Source of the DNA: Eledone cirrhosa
Lineage: Eukaryota
Reading direction: 5' to 3'
DNA length: 64,000 bases
Assembly: GCA_964016885.1 (NCBI GenBank)
Contig: OZ024752.1
Span: 22,072,001-22,136,000 of the forward strand
Below, in pieces: positions 1 to 9,336 of this stretch (positions are counted from its first letter, which is position 1; each line of letters starts with the position of its first letter). The translations under genes were made by a program, and so were the position numbers. The notes below the pieces were generated by a model that was given only the letters and a program-made list of their open reading frames with translations, was not told the origin of the DNA and searched no databases.

Positions 1-219
1 AGTGAATGCTGGAGAGAAATGAATTGTGCATGCTCTACTAGGGAAGTAATATTAATGAAGCATGGATGGAGAAGAGATAGGTATGTAGGAGTGGGAAGAT
101 GTTTGCACATGAGGGGGAGAAGACATGTACAGAGTGAGGAAAGAGTCTAGGTATATACATAGTAAGGTGGAGTTCCAAATATTTAGAGAGAAAGAGAGAA
201 ATGTGAGCAATATAAGTAC

Positions 220-325
220 CATTAGGAGACCACTTTACCACTGTAGCAGACCGGTTGAAGCGCAGGATAACCAAAATGGGAGTCCACTTCCCATTGTTGT
301 AATTCCAAACATAGGCATTACGGTC
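220..325 (-). CDS. ARPC1: ARPC1 third coding exon (gene continues beyond the left window edge)
   Basis: tttacAG acceptor (327-326); [35 protein letters not shown] matches ARPC1 DRNAYVW..WKPTLVILRINRAAT.VKWSP; in frame with the previous exon; donor GTACTT after 220 is weaker, so the end is less certain. Confidence 0.9.
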
Positions 326-665
326 CTGTAAATAGAAACAAACTTTTAACATTGCAGACAATTTTGAACATATTTCTGTAATGCTTTATGTACCAAACTG
401 CTTGAAACCATCCCAGTTTCTACAATCCCAAATGGTTTGATTTAAAGTGTTTATATTTTTTTGAAAACCTCCTAACAAAATTTTAAGTAAAAAAAAGTCA
501 TGTTAAAAATTATAAGCAATGTATTTCATTAGAAACCATCATTATCAACATCATCTAACTTCAATAAGATATGATGATGATGGTAATGGAAGAGTTAAGG
601 GACACACACACACTGTGTGGTATAGATGTCTTAGAACAAAAACAATTGATGGTAATGTGTGGAAC

Positions 666-692
<27 letters not shown>
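666..692. repeat. (TG)13 microsatellite, intronic
   Basis: Read directly from the sequence. Confidence 0.95.
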
Positions 693-696
<4 letters not shown>

Positions 697-1109
697 ACAT
701 GCATATGCATGGGTGCAGCATGTTCAAATGGTTAAGAAATTCACTTTGAAATGACAAAGCATGAAGCCCAGTGGAAGTCCAAAGATAGATACATTCATAG
801 ATAGAACAAATCATTAGAATTTAGGGGAAACATGTTTTAAAAATATGAAAGAAAATTATTGGAATTAAAGTAATGAATGTAAAATGAAACACAGCAATGG
901 CCAGGGTGACAAAAAGAGAAGTCAAGGATAATTGAAGATTCAAGCATCCTTACATAGAACATTGTTATAAACCCCCATGATATTTGACAGGTACTATGTT
1001 AGTATATACATATAATGCCATTCTCAAGTACACTGATGAGTGCACTTTATAATGGAGCTTTGTTAAACCTGTTAAGATTTTCAACAACAGCACCAAAAAT
1101 GAAACTTAC

Positions 1110-1261
1110 CGATCCGCATGTGACAATACGGTTACTTTTTGGAGCCCAATCAATACTGGTTACTTTTTGTCCATGTTCCGTCATTGTCTCATACTCCTGC
1201 CAGCCTCCACCGGTCTTTTTGTAGACCTTAACTTCGGTACTGTTAGACGACAAAGCTAATT
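1110..1261 (-). CDS. ARPC1: ARPC1 second coding exon
   Basis: Polypyrimidine tract + AG (1263-1262); 152 nt completes the split GAA codon, then LALSSNSTEVKVYKKTGGGWQEYETMTEHGQKVTSIDWAPKSNRIVTCGS (IDWAPKSNRIVTCG is the ARPC1 signature); GTAAGT donor, phase 0. Confidence 0.95.
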
Positions 1262-1336
1262 CTGGGGGAAAAAAACGGAAAAACAAAAAAAAAACATTAC
1301 TGAATTGTTTTCAGAGAAGATTAAATAATAAGATAT

Positions 1337-1545
1337 CATCATCATCATCATAATTTCACGCCTGCTTTTCCATGCAGTGTATGGGTTGAATGGGTCCTTT
1401 CCAGCATAGCCTCGCTCCACTTAAACTGTTCCTTCATAATCTCCTCTGTGAGATTCATCATTTTAAGATCAGCTCTAACCATCGCTGTCCAGGTTTTTCT
1501 CAGTCTTGCTCTACTGCAGCTTCTTTCCAATGGCATATCTTAACT
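1337..1545 (-). mobile_element. 3' end of an RTE-type LINE with (ATG)n tail
   Basis: ORF 1348..1536 (RARLRKTWTAMVRADLKMMNLTEE..KW) resembles the RTE ORF C-terminus (GRPRKTW..V..DL..L.LTEE...W); ends in a (CAT)n run on the + strand. Confidence 0.7.
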
Positions 1546-1717
1546 TTACTCAATGAGTACCAGCAGCAACAACAATAGTAGCTGGGTGTTAACCATCCAA
1601 CAGATTGGCATCCCGTCCAGTAGGTGGGATTATTTCACCAGCATTGATGCCAAGCTAAATCAGCTTTAGCTTCTTTTCTTTGCATAACATCAGTAGCATG
1701 GTGAAGATGACTGATGG

Positions 1718-1849
1718 TCTTCCATAATGTACCTTGATTAGGATTGTGTTTTGGAGAAGGAGACTGGTGATCTTCCATAATGTCCTTCGTTAGGATTGTG
1801 TTTTGGAGAAGGAGACTGGCATACATGAATTACTCCTGGTCTTCCATAA
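1718..1849 (+). repeat. Local ~52-53-bp direct duplication plus a partial third copy
   Basis: tcttccataatgt...taggattgtgttttggagaaggagactgg at 1718-1767 and 1771-1819; tggtcttccataa again at 1837-1849. Confidence 0.85.
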
Positions 1850-2215
1850 AACACCTTGCCCAGGCTGGCATTTTGGAGGAATTTCCAGATGCAGCCCCAT
1901 GGCCAACCATAACTGAAGTGGGTATATAGACAAAGAAGAAATATTGCAAGTGAGTGATGTCAAAAATGGGCATGTGGTTAGAATGTCTCAAGAAAGAATG
2001 TTGGTCAGATTTTATGGGCAACACCAACTGGCAGGAACCCAGGAGTAGACCCTGAGTGAGATGGTTGGATAACATCCATGAGCTTGGCTGGTCTTGCTTG
2101 GGGATCCAGCCAGATCTGTTGGAGACGGTTATTTCTGACAGGACCTGCTAAAAGGAGTGTTTGGGGAGTCTCCACAACCCTCTCAGGAATAAGGGGGTGA
2201 AGAAGAAGTAAACCC
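1850..2215 (+). mobile_element. Degraded 3' end of a second RTE-like LINE
   Basis: Broken frames read GHVVRMSQERM and RSRP*VRWLDNIHELGWSCLGIQPD, typical of LINE ORF C-termini (GHV.RM...R / GRP..RW.D); short gaagaagaag tail near 2199-2208. Confidence 0.6.
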
Positions 2216-2272
2216 TAGAGTGGAGATATGAATAGTTAAGTTGGTGTTTAAATAAGTTAAATGTTGACTCAC

Positions 2273-2339
2273 CAGTACAATTTTTATTCCAAGCATGACA
2301 TGTTACAGCTTCAGTGCCAAAGTTGTGAACTTCGGTCAT
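2273..2339 (-). CDS. ARPC1: ARPC1A/B (Arp2/3 complex 41-kDa WD40 subunit), first coding exon
   Basis: ATG at 2339; MTEVHNFGTEAVTCHAWNKNCT resembles the ARPC1 N-terminus (..PITCHAWN.DRT..); GTGAGT donor after 2273 (phase 1); upstream acceptor ttccattAG at 2360-2359, so the exon likely starts at 2358 with a short UTR. Confidence 0.92.
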
Positions 2340-2793
2340 TTTGCAGTGGCTTTTGAAACTAATGGAATAAATAAATTATTATTAACTCGTAACATCCTGT
2401 ACCGCATCAAACCACATTAGTAAGGCATTCTTGAAAAATACAAAACTCTAGTCCCTACTCTAATATTGCACATTTTCAAAATAGTATTAAAGATACTATA
2501 AACGTTTGAATTAACAAACTTGCTTTTGATATTTTCTGCTAACTCCTTACAGGATGTTAAGAGTTAAATGTGTGCTTCAGCATGGTCACAGCAAAATGGC
2601 TGGAACCAGTAAAATAATCTATATGCTAGCTTGCATTTACACATGTTGATTCACAAACTGAATTTGCTAATTATCTTTTAAATCAAAACAAACTCCTTGG
2701 GAAAGGCAAGATCATTGCAATTGTAAAAATGAGAAATTTAGAGCTTTAAAAAAGGAGGGTTTGGGTGAATATGACCTGCTACAGGTCATATTG

Positions 2794-2905
2794 ATAGCCA
2801 AGGGTGAGCTTTCAGTAAGTGACTCAATTTGATGGGCTACAGAGCGACCACATCAATAGCTGAGGGTGAGCTTTCAGTGGTGATCCAATCAATGAGCTAC
2901 AGTGC
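2794..2905 (+). repeat. Diverged 62-bp tandem duplication
   Basis: atagc..agggtgagctttcagt...caat..atg.gctacag.gc starts at 2794 and at 2856. Confidence 0.8.
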
Positions 2906-3446
2906 CTACAGTGTATACTTAACAGCAAAGTCCCAAGTCAGCCACCAGCTTCATACCGAGTGACCATTAGAAAACATTCAAACCATGAAACTGCAGTGAA
3001 ATTTTCTAGAAGTGCAGCTCGCCTTACGATGAGCCATATCTCATGCAGCCAATGGCTCACAAAAAGCTGCCCATGCTTAGTCTAAAGTGATATGAGGAAA
3101 CAATTTATCAAGACACACCTTGACAAAACAGTTATCAAACACAAACACTAGTTATATCCTGATGTGTTGCCATCACTTATATACACTGACACTGCAACCA
3201 ATCCTTACATGAGTATGTGTATACACAGACATCTTCACTGTCATACAGAATAATTACAAGTAATCTCCCCCCTTCCTTCTCACACAAACAAGCTCTATCT
3301 GTTAATAGTATGAAAATACTGTAGCGTGCCTAGCAAACATATTTAAATCAATTAGCCTGCCAAACTATCAGGGTTAAATATTATTTTCCGTGGAGGAGGA
3401 GGAGTGAAACTTTGAAATGTCTCGTTGTCGCCACCCAACTATCTCG

Positions 3447-3550
3447 GAAACACTGATTCGTTATTAATCGCTGGATTCTACTAATCCGACATCTGAGACT
3501 AAACGTTTGTCTGGTCGAATCGGACGATTAATAATGGGACCCAGTGTTTC
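3447..3550. repeat. Imperfect inverted repeat (~104-bp hairpin; MITE-like remnant)
   Basis: Left arm gaaacactg-attcg-ttattaatcg-ctg-gattc...gaca pairs with right arm tgtc...gaatc-gga-cgattaataa-tgggacc-cagtgtttc. Confidence 0.75.
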
Positions 3551-4845
3551 TAAAGAACGATCGAGATCAAGCAAACCTATGGCCAAAGGTCATTCCATCA
3601 TTTATTCAAGCATTATAGCTAGGGCTATATTATTTGTGTCATTCCCTTATGTTTTAAGGCGTGACTTAGGATTTGGTTGCTATTTCTAGCAGGTCGAGAG
3701 ATCATATATAACAAATATAGATTTTTATTAAGGATATGATTTATAAAAGGTATATGTCTAAATTTTATTCACAGTTGTATAAATAATATTACAAAAGTTT
3801 TAGCTCAGAGTCGAATGCTCTTATATAACCATCAGAGTCTTTGGCTGGTTGGTCTTCAGTATTCCACACTGCAGCTCGTGCAGACAGCCAACTGGACTTT
3901 GATAACTTTATTTCAAATTGAGGTTCATCTTCTAGATCTCTTAAACACACTTATTGTTACCGTGGACTATTATTCGGAGTAGAAGTATTTAGTAACATTA
4001 ATCTGCTAGAATCATAGTGATTGTCTTTATTTGTGTAATGTTCGTGTTAATTTAGGTAAGTTAATGTAGATAACAATCTTACGTGGCGAGTTAAACATAT
4101 TAAAAAAAAAAACGTAGGTAGTTGAGATGGGATGAAAGTTATTAAAAAGTTGGCCAGTGACTCATTATAATTATCTTAGTCAGAGAAATATCTCAATTTT
4201 GCCATAGCGGCAAACATTTAGTGAAGGATATCTCCGGCGAATACATTTAGAGACAAATTATTTAAATCATACACCTAACGTTTGAAATAATAAAATGCTG
4301 TTTTAACTACTGTAATTGAAAACAATGTGGGTGAAGGTCTGTCTGTCACTACAATGCCGAATGGAGAGAGAACAAAACACTGTAATCTTTTAATTGCTAC
4401 TAGTTAAAAATAGTTCGTTTTTTTTTCTTCTTAAATATATATACTTTTATATCAATAACTAGTAATTAATATGATACTTTACAGTTAACATTTTTAATTA
4501 GTCACATAAAAATTGGAACTGAAATATATAAAAATTAAAAAGTTGAAGTCTATCAACATCTGATATTTGAAATCCCAAAAGAGAAGTATAGACGAACAAT
4601 CAACTATTTTCATACATTGTAGTACCAAACATCGTATATTTTGCTGAAGATTTTTATTTTAGAAATAATAAAAGTAAGTTAATTTCAAAGATAGAAAAAT
4701 AATTAAAATTGAAAGATTAATTACAATTTGGGCAGCGGGCACCGCCCTATCATAGAAATTGAATCGTTTTCATACAATAAATATATACGATAAAATAACA
4801 CAATGGTGAGTTTTAATTAATGTAATAGATTAATGAAATACTTAC

Positions 4846-4930
4846 TGAAATCTGATAAAAGTTTTTAACGCCTGAAAATAGTTTAAGAGAGAAAATCCGC
4901 GGACTCTGGTCAGTCTACACGAATTTCTCT
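4846..4930 (-). promoter_or_regulatory. Candidate non-coding first exon / TSS region of ARPC1
   Basis: The first coding exon has a splice acceptor, so an upstream exon is expected; strong donor CA|GTAAGTAT at 4846/4845 next to a locally more GC/CpG-containing patch (ccgcgg, 4897-4902). Upstream boundary is a guess. Confidence 0.4.
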
Positions 4931-5519
4931 CTTTTAATATCACAAAAAAATGATGACTTTCTACAGGAAGTACTTATCATGATGTGCTACAGCTTATATT
5001 TCTTTAGATATTCTGTTTATTAATTTCATCTTAATATATAGAATCGTAATTTTATCTAATCAGAAAACTAAAATAATTTGTTAGTTTTAGTTAACAATGA
5101 TAATGTTTTCAATGTCAGCTGAAAGTTAATCAATTCAATTAACAACAAACTTAGTCTGGAGTGTATCATGTTTATTGGAATTCACCTCCGGGAGACGATA
5201 GTTCACTTATGAGCACCTCGGCTTCAAAATGAATTGGAAACATGCATTTCTTGCGGCTTTAATGTTCTGCACATTTGTTATTAACCAAACTACAGAAGTG
5301 GCCTTGCCAACCCTGTGCGAAGGTTTGTTGCAATTTTATTTTTTAATTTACCCTTTCTGCTTTCTTTCCATTGAAGTGATGGAGATGTTGTTGTTTAACA
5401 CCAGGTCAACCCTTATCGACGAGCACATCTATGATCAGAGGTGCTCTAACCATGGCTATCCTGCCACTTCAGTCTATAATATTCAGTAAGCTTTATTTCT
5501 GAGAAAGATAATAGACGGT

Positions 5520-5590
5520 AGGGTTTGATTTGAGGGATAGTTAGCTGCTTTTTCTTGCAGGTAGAGCGATCACACAGATGCTCCTAGTTG
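5520..5590 (+). repeat. Short dispersed repeat fragment (related copy at ~3655-3707)
   Basis: gctgctttttcttgcaggtagagcgatcac here versus gttgctatttctagcaggtcgagagatcat at ~3676-3705. Confidence 0.5.
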
Positions 5591-5675
5591 TCTTGAAGTG
5601 TTAAGAGTGCTTGTGCACGATGTCAACTTCTCAACATATAAAGATTTGTGAGATAATAATGTAGCAGTGGATATC

Positions 5676-5978
5676 GGTGGAATAGTTTGGTAGTCGATTC
5701 ACAGAATCTTTAGAATGTTATACAACATTCCTGACAGCATTTGGTCTTATTCCTGTACATTCTGAGTTCGAATCCCAACTGAGGCCCACTTTTTTAATCT
5801 GTAAACATCATGATACACAATCTCACCATACCGGAGATATATAGCTAAGCAGGAAATTCACAAACACAACATTATTATGTTGACTTTGCCTTTCATCCTT
5901 ACAGGGTCGATAAAATAAAGTACCAGTAATGTACTGAGTAATTGTTGGCCTTGTGCCTAAAGTAGAAACAATTATTAT
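5676..5978 (+). mobile_element. tRNA-type SINE copy 1, interrupted by a ~90-bp insertion
   Basis: B-box-like gagttcgaatccc, body gactttgcctttcatcc..gggtcgataaaataaagtaccag and tail ggccttgtgcctaaagtagaaacaattatt are shared with copies at 6228-6396 (-) and 11620-11842 (+); resembles the abundant octopus SINE from recall. Confidence 0.8.
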
Positions 5979-6227
5979 GTGTATAAACTACAGTTTTACA
6001 CAGAAGTATAAGACATTAAGATAGGCGATAAACTCAAAACAATAACAAGATGTGTGAAGGGGATTAACATAAACACTGTGTGTGTGTTAGCTGGTTTGTG
6101 GTTATGTTCAGATGTAAGCTATTATATTTGGGGGTTATGCAAATTCTCAAAATCGATGTCAGCTTTAAATAAAATTTTATTCCAATTAAAATATACATAA
6201 TGTTTAAGTTTTAAATATATACATAAA

Positions 6228-6396
6228 TAACTGTTTCTGCTTTTGGCACAAAGCCAGCAATTATTCCAGGGCATTACTGGTACTTTATTTTATTCACTCC
6301 GTAAGGATGAAAGGCAAAGTTAACTTCGGCGGGATTTAAACCCAGAACGTAAAGGGCCACAACTCTGTGTTGCAAAGCATGTCTGCCAATCCACCC
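6228..6396 (-). mobile_element. tRNA-type SINE copy 2 (inverted, internally deleted)
   Basis: Reverse complement reads ggtggattggcag..atgctttgc..ggccctttacgttctgggtttaaatcccgccgaagttaactttgcctttcatcc..aataaaataaagtaccagtaatg..ggctttgtgccaaaagcagaaacagttat. Confidence 0.8.
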
Positions 6397-6551
6397 ATTA
6401 TATAGGCACACATGACTTTTAACGGTCTGAAAAATGAAAGTAAATTTATTTTCATTTTCGAACGTCGTGTTTACATTTTGTGTGTGTGTTTAGATCTAAA
6501 TTAGTTACTGAGATTAAAGACAAAATCAGAGCCTCTGTCGTTTTAACTTAT

Positions 6552-6586
<35 letters not shown>
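6552..6586. repeat. Compound (TA)n(TG)n microsatellite inside the Merlin element
   Basis: Read directly from the sequence. Confidence 0.9.
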
Positions 6587-6655
6587 AGTTGACGGTTGAG
6601 TCCTCAATACCGAAGTAATCTTGTAATGAGGCTTGCAGAATGGTGAGTCCGCCAT

Positions 6656-6925
6656 TCTAGACGCTGCTGCCTTGCAGAAGTACCAAATCGAAGCTGTGAC
6701 ACTCTCGTCCCCATCATTCAGCAGGGATTTTGCCAGGCAGCCGCTTCATCTCCGATGGTTGGGCTTCCTATTCGGAAATTGAGGAAATTGAAGGTGGGAT
6801 TTACGTTCATGATGTTGTGGTGCACGAACGGAACTTTGTAGATCCTGCGGACCCTGGTGTGCACACACAGCTCATAGAGAACACATGGAGCCGTGAAAAG
6901 AAGAAGCTTCGTCGCCAGCATGTTT
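6656..6925 (+). pseudogene. Merlin/ISXO2-like transposase fragment with one frameshift near 6725
   Basis: RRCCLAEVPNRSCDTLVPIIQQ, then after a frameshift ILPGSRFISDGWASY..IYVHDVVVHERNFVDPADPGVHTQLIENTWSREK; SDGW..Y, H..V.H...FVDP and HTQ.IE..W are IS1595-family core motifs. N-terminus including the first catalytic D is missing. Confidence 0.88.
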
Positions 6926-7020
6926 CGTTTAAACACACACACAAAATGAAATACGACGTTCGAAAATGAAAATAAATTTAATTTCATTATTGCAACCGCT
7001 AAAAGTCATGTATGCCCATT

Positions 7021-7369
7021 ATATATACATAAATAACACTGCAAATTGCTCGAAATACATTACAAATACAATTAATTATTGCTAGGAACCTCACAAATAC
7101 AACGCACCAAAATATATGACCAGAGCGAGAGACAGAAAAAAAGGTAAACAAAAACGACCAACAATTCACCACCAGGTGCGACAATCGGCCACACATCACA
7201 AGGGTCAACGGATTATTTTTAGGCAATCCAATACGCTGGCTTGGTCATATATTTTGGTGCCTTGTATTTGGTGAGGTTTTTAGCAGTAGTTAATTGTATT
7301 TGTTATATGTTTTTATATTTTCATTCTAAAAGAATTGTGAGCAATCTGTCATGTTATTTATGTATATAT
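7021..7369. mobile_element. Foldback/MITE-like element with ~105-130-bp imperfect inverted arms
   Basis: atatatacataaataaca (7021-7038) is the exact reverse complement of 7352-7369; inner arms acaaatacaattaattattgctaggaacctcacaaatacaacgcaccaaaatatatgacca and tggtcatatattttggtgccttgtatttggtgaggtttttagcagtagttaattgtatttgt; ~115-bp spacer. Confidence 0.85.
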
Positions 7370-8129
7370 TTAAAACTTAATAAAAGGAAACACTCGACAC
7401 AGTATAATGTTTGTGGTTTACAAAAGGAAGAAATCAATTAAAAATAGTCAGAAAGAAAAACGGGAGAAGACAATCCCACTTAATTACACCCTACAACAGG
7501 GAATGTTGACAGCGAAACTAAGGCGCTGGAAATAGAAAGGCACCCCCCATAGAATTGATTTTATTTCTATTCTATAGGTTTCTGTAATTTAGGATTTAGG
7601 AATAAATATTTCTAATTTTTAATATTCATTGTCGAGAGAATTTCAAAAATAAAATAAAAAAAGAGAGCTTCTTTTATATCTGCAAAAATGTTCAGAGTGT
7701 TCTTCAGTGAAGACAAACTTCGTGTATACAAAATTTATGTCAGATCTATTATAGAACATGCTACTGAAATTTAGAGCCCACGACTCTTGCTCCTTCCCAT
7801 ATCTCGAATGTCGTGACAAAAGTGAGACTACTTCCGTAGCTGAACGAAATAACATTCTAAAATACCGGGTATTTATTTCAGTCTGTAACATTAAAGACGT
7901 TTGGGGGAGTTGTGCCACTGAAAACGAGATTCTTGTCATTGTTAGCTCGCTTTACCGACGTATCAGGTGGTGCCCATGAGGGTGCTTGGTTATTCCTGCA
8001 TCTTAGCCTCTCTATCAACTATGACAATGCTACCAGTGTGTTGGCTTGCCTTAAAAATTATTAGATGGCTACTCTATCCACCTTGTGGCGTGTCATTAAG
8101 TGTGCATGCATTCTAATTTTTATTGAAAA

Positions 8130-8376
8130 CTAGCAAAAGAGCCCGTCGTTGCCGGCCACACCTTTCGCCACTGTAAATAAAGACCCCCCTCTCTCCTCAA
8201 CATGGTCGTCTTTAAATTGCCCCAGAACTCTGTTATTTTAAAGGAGAGCACTATTTAAATTATATGTTGACATGCTCCAGAAGAACCTATGTATCAAATT
8301 TGAACAAAATCGGATGGAAACTGGAAATGCATCGACTGCATACATAGACAGACATTTTTGTTTTTATATATATAAA
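8130..8376 (-). mobile_element. Small non-autonomous Helitron-like element
   Basis: Minus strand begins TTTATATATATAAAA (TC terminus apparently mutated) followed by tgtctgtctatgtatg, and ends with a GC hairpin gccggcaacgacgggc (8156-8141) just before CTAG (8133-8130), flanked by A and T; no TIR or TSD. Confidence 0.7.
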
Positions 8377-8523
8377 TATGCATTTTGCCTACATGTTCAG
8401 GATAAAACAGGTTGAGAGATACTTGGGATATGAAATATTCTCTAATATCCAGAAAATCTGGTTAACTTGATTTACAATCTCTTGTACAGAGAGATAAATC
8501 ATCAGAGACTTGATCTTTGGAGT

Positions 8524-9017
8524 TTTAACAGGAATATCTTTAATATATTATTTGGTTGCGAGAAGGATTCTTTAGGAAGATTAGGTTATAAGGCTGCGTG
8601 TTTAGAGTTTCATGGTGAGGAAAGGATCAAATAGTAAAACACAGCGAGGAAATATAACAAGGTTTATTTTAGCAGGTAAATATTTACATGTACTGAAAAA
8701 GTAAAAAGTTGCTGGCATGCCGCATGATTAAGTTGAACTAGTTGTTGGGCCCTTGCTGACAGGGCCAAAGTTTCTTTGTAAGTTCTACATCTTGCCAGTT
8801 GTTCCAGGGAATGGATTTTAATACCGTCTTGTCTCTACGAAAATGAATCTGGAACTGTTTAGAAGTGAAAAGAGGCGCAAATTCCTTTTCTGGGCGGAAG
8901 TCACTGCTTGGTATTTCTGACCAAGCATATCCCAATTGTTTCGCTGCAATCAGTAGTCATCATCATTTAACTACTATCTTCCTCGCTAGCATGGGTTTAG
9001 TGCCTTTGCTTACTACA
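8524..9017 (-). repeat. 3' LTR of the Gypsy element
   Basis: Shares agaaggat..tttaggaagattaggttataaggc, gcaaattccttttctgggcgga.gtcactgcttggtatttct and the ..ctaca end with 10790-10988; abuts the PPT. Confidence 0.85.
8958..8997 (-). mobile_element. 40-bp 5'-truncated RTE-LINE 3' end inserted in the 3' LTR
   Basis: catcatcatttaac..ttcctcgctagcatgggtt is absent from the other LTR, flanked by duplicated tagt (8954-8957 and 8998-9001), and resembles 1337-1388. Confidence 0.7.
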
Positions 9018-9336
9018 TTTACCCCTCCATAGACGAAACGTCGATATAATATTTAAAAAAATGGAAAGCAAAGGCAAATATATTTACAGAAAAGTTCACA
9101 AGAGTGTAAGAAAAGGCAAAACAAATAATCGCATACAGGGCAAACAAAAATAACATGAATTTGTGTAAGAATGGAAAAGATGCAATACAATAAAAAGGCA
9201 CTGAGAGGCCAATTTATATGAAAATAGTTTTACACAGTTTCTTGGGCCAGTGGATGCGACGACCAGTACGGGTTGTCGTGACGTATGATGAAGGTGGAGG
9301 TGTGTGTGCATGAGCTAGTGGTGGTGTAGGCATTTG

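Larger units (their letters stand above)
6405..7016 (+). mobile_element. Merlin (IS1595/IS1016-related DDE) DNA transposon, non-autonomous deletion derivative, 612 bp
   Basis: TIRs 6405-6492 and 6930-7016 start GGCA(C/T)ACATGACTTTTA; perfect 9-bp TSD CATTATATA at 6396-6404 and 7017-7025; internal transposase fragment present. Confidence 0.92.

Noticed and set aside
1-170. Purine-rich intronic stretch possibly a LINE 3' remnant
   Set aside because: Too degraded and cut by the window edge to support a call.
2545-2620. Possible tail of another SINE family (also 5385-5465)
   Set aside because: Resemblance is from memory only and there is no second copy in the window to confirm it.
5229-5489. 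86-aa ORF with signal-peptide-like start; also ORFs at 519-814, 7643-7979, 8738-9311 and 10981-11591 (+)
   Set aside because: No recognisable domain or splice support; most overlap repeats, LTRs or antisense transposon sequence.
6730-6969. Bacterial IS1595 contamination or a functional transposase
   Set aside because: Fragment is frameshifted and truncated, embedded with a TSD among eukaryotic SINEs and contains a microsatellite; best explained as a Merlin remnant.
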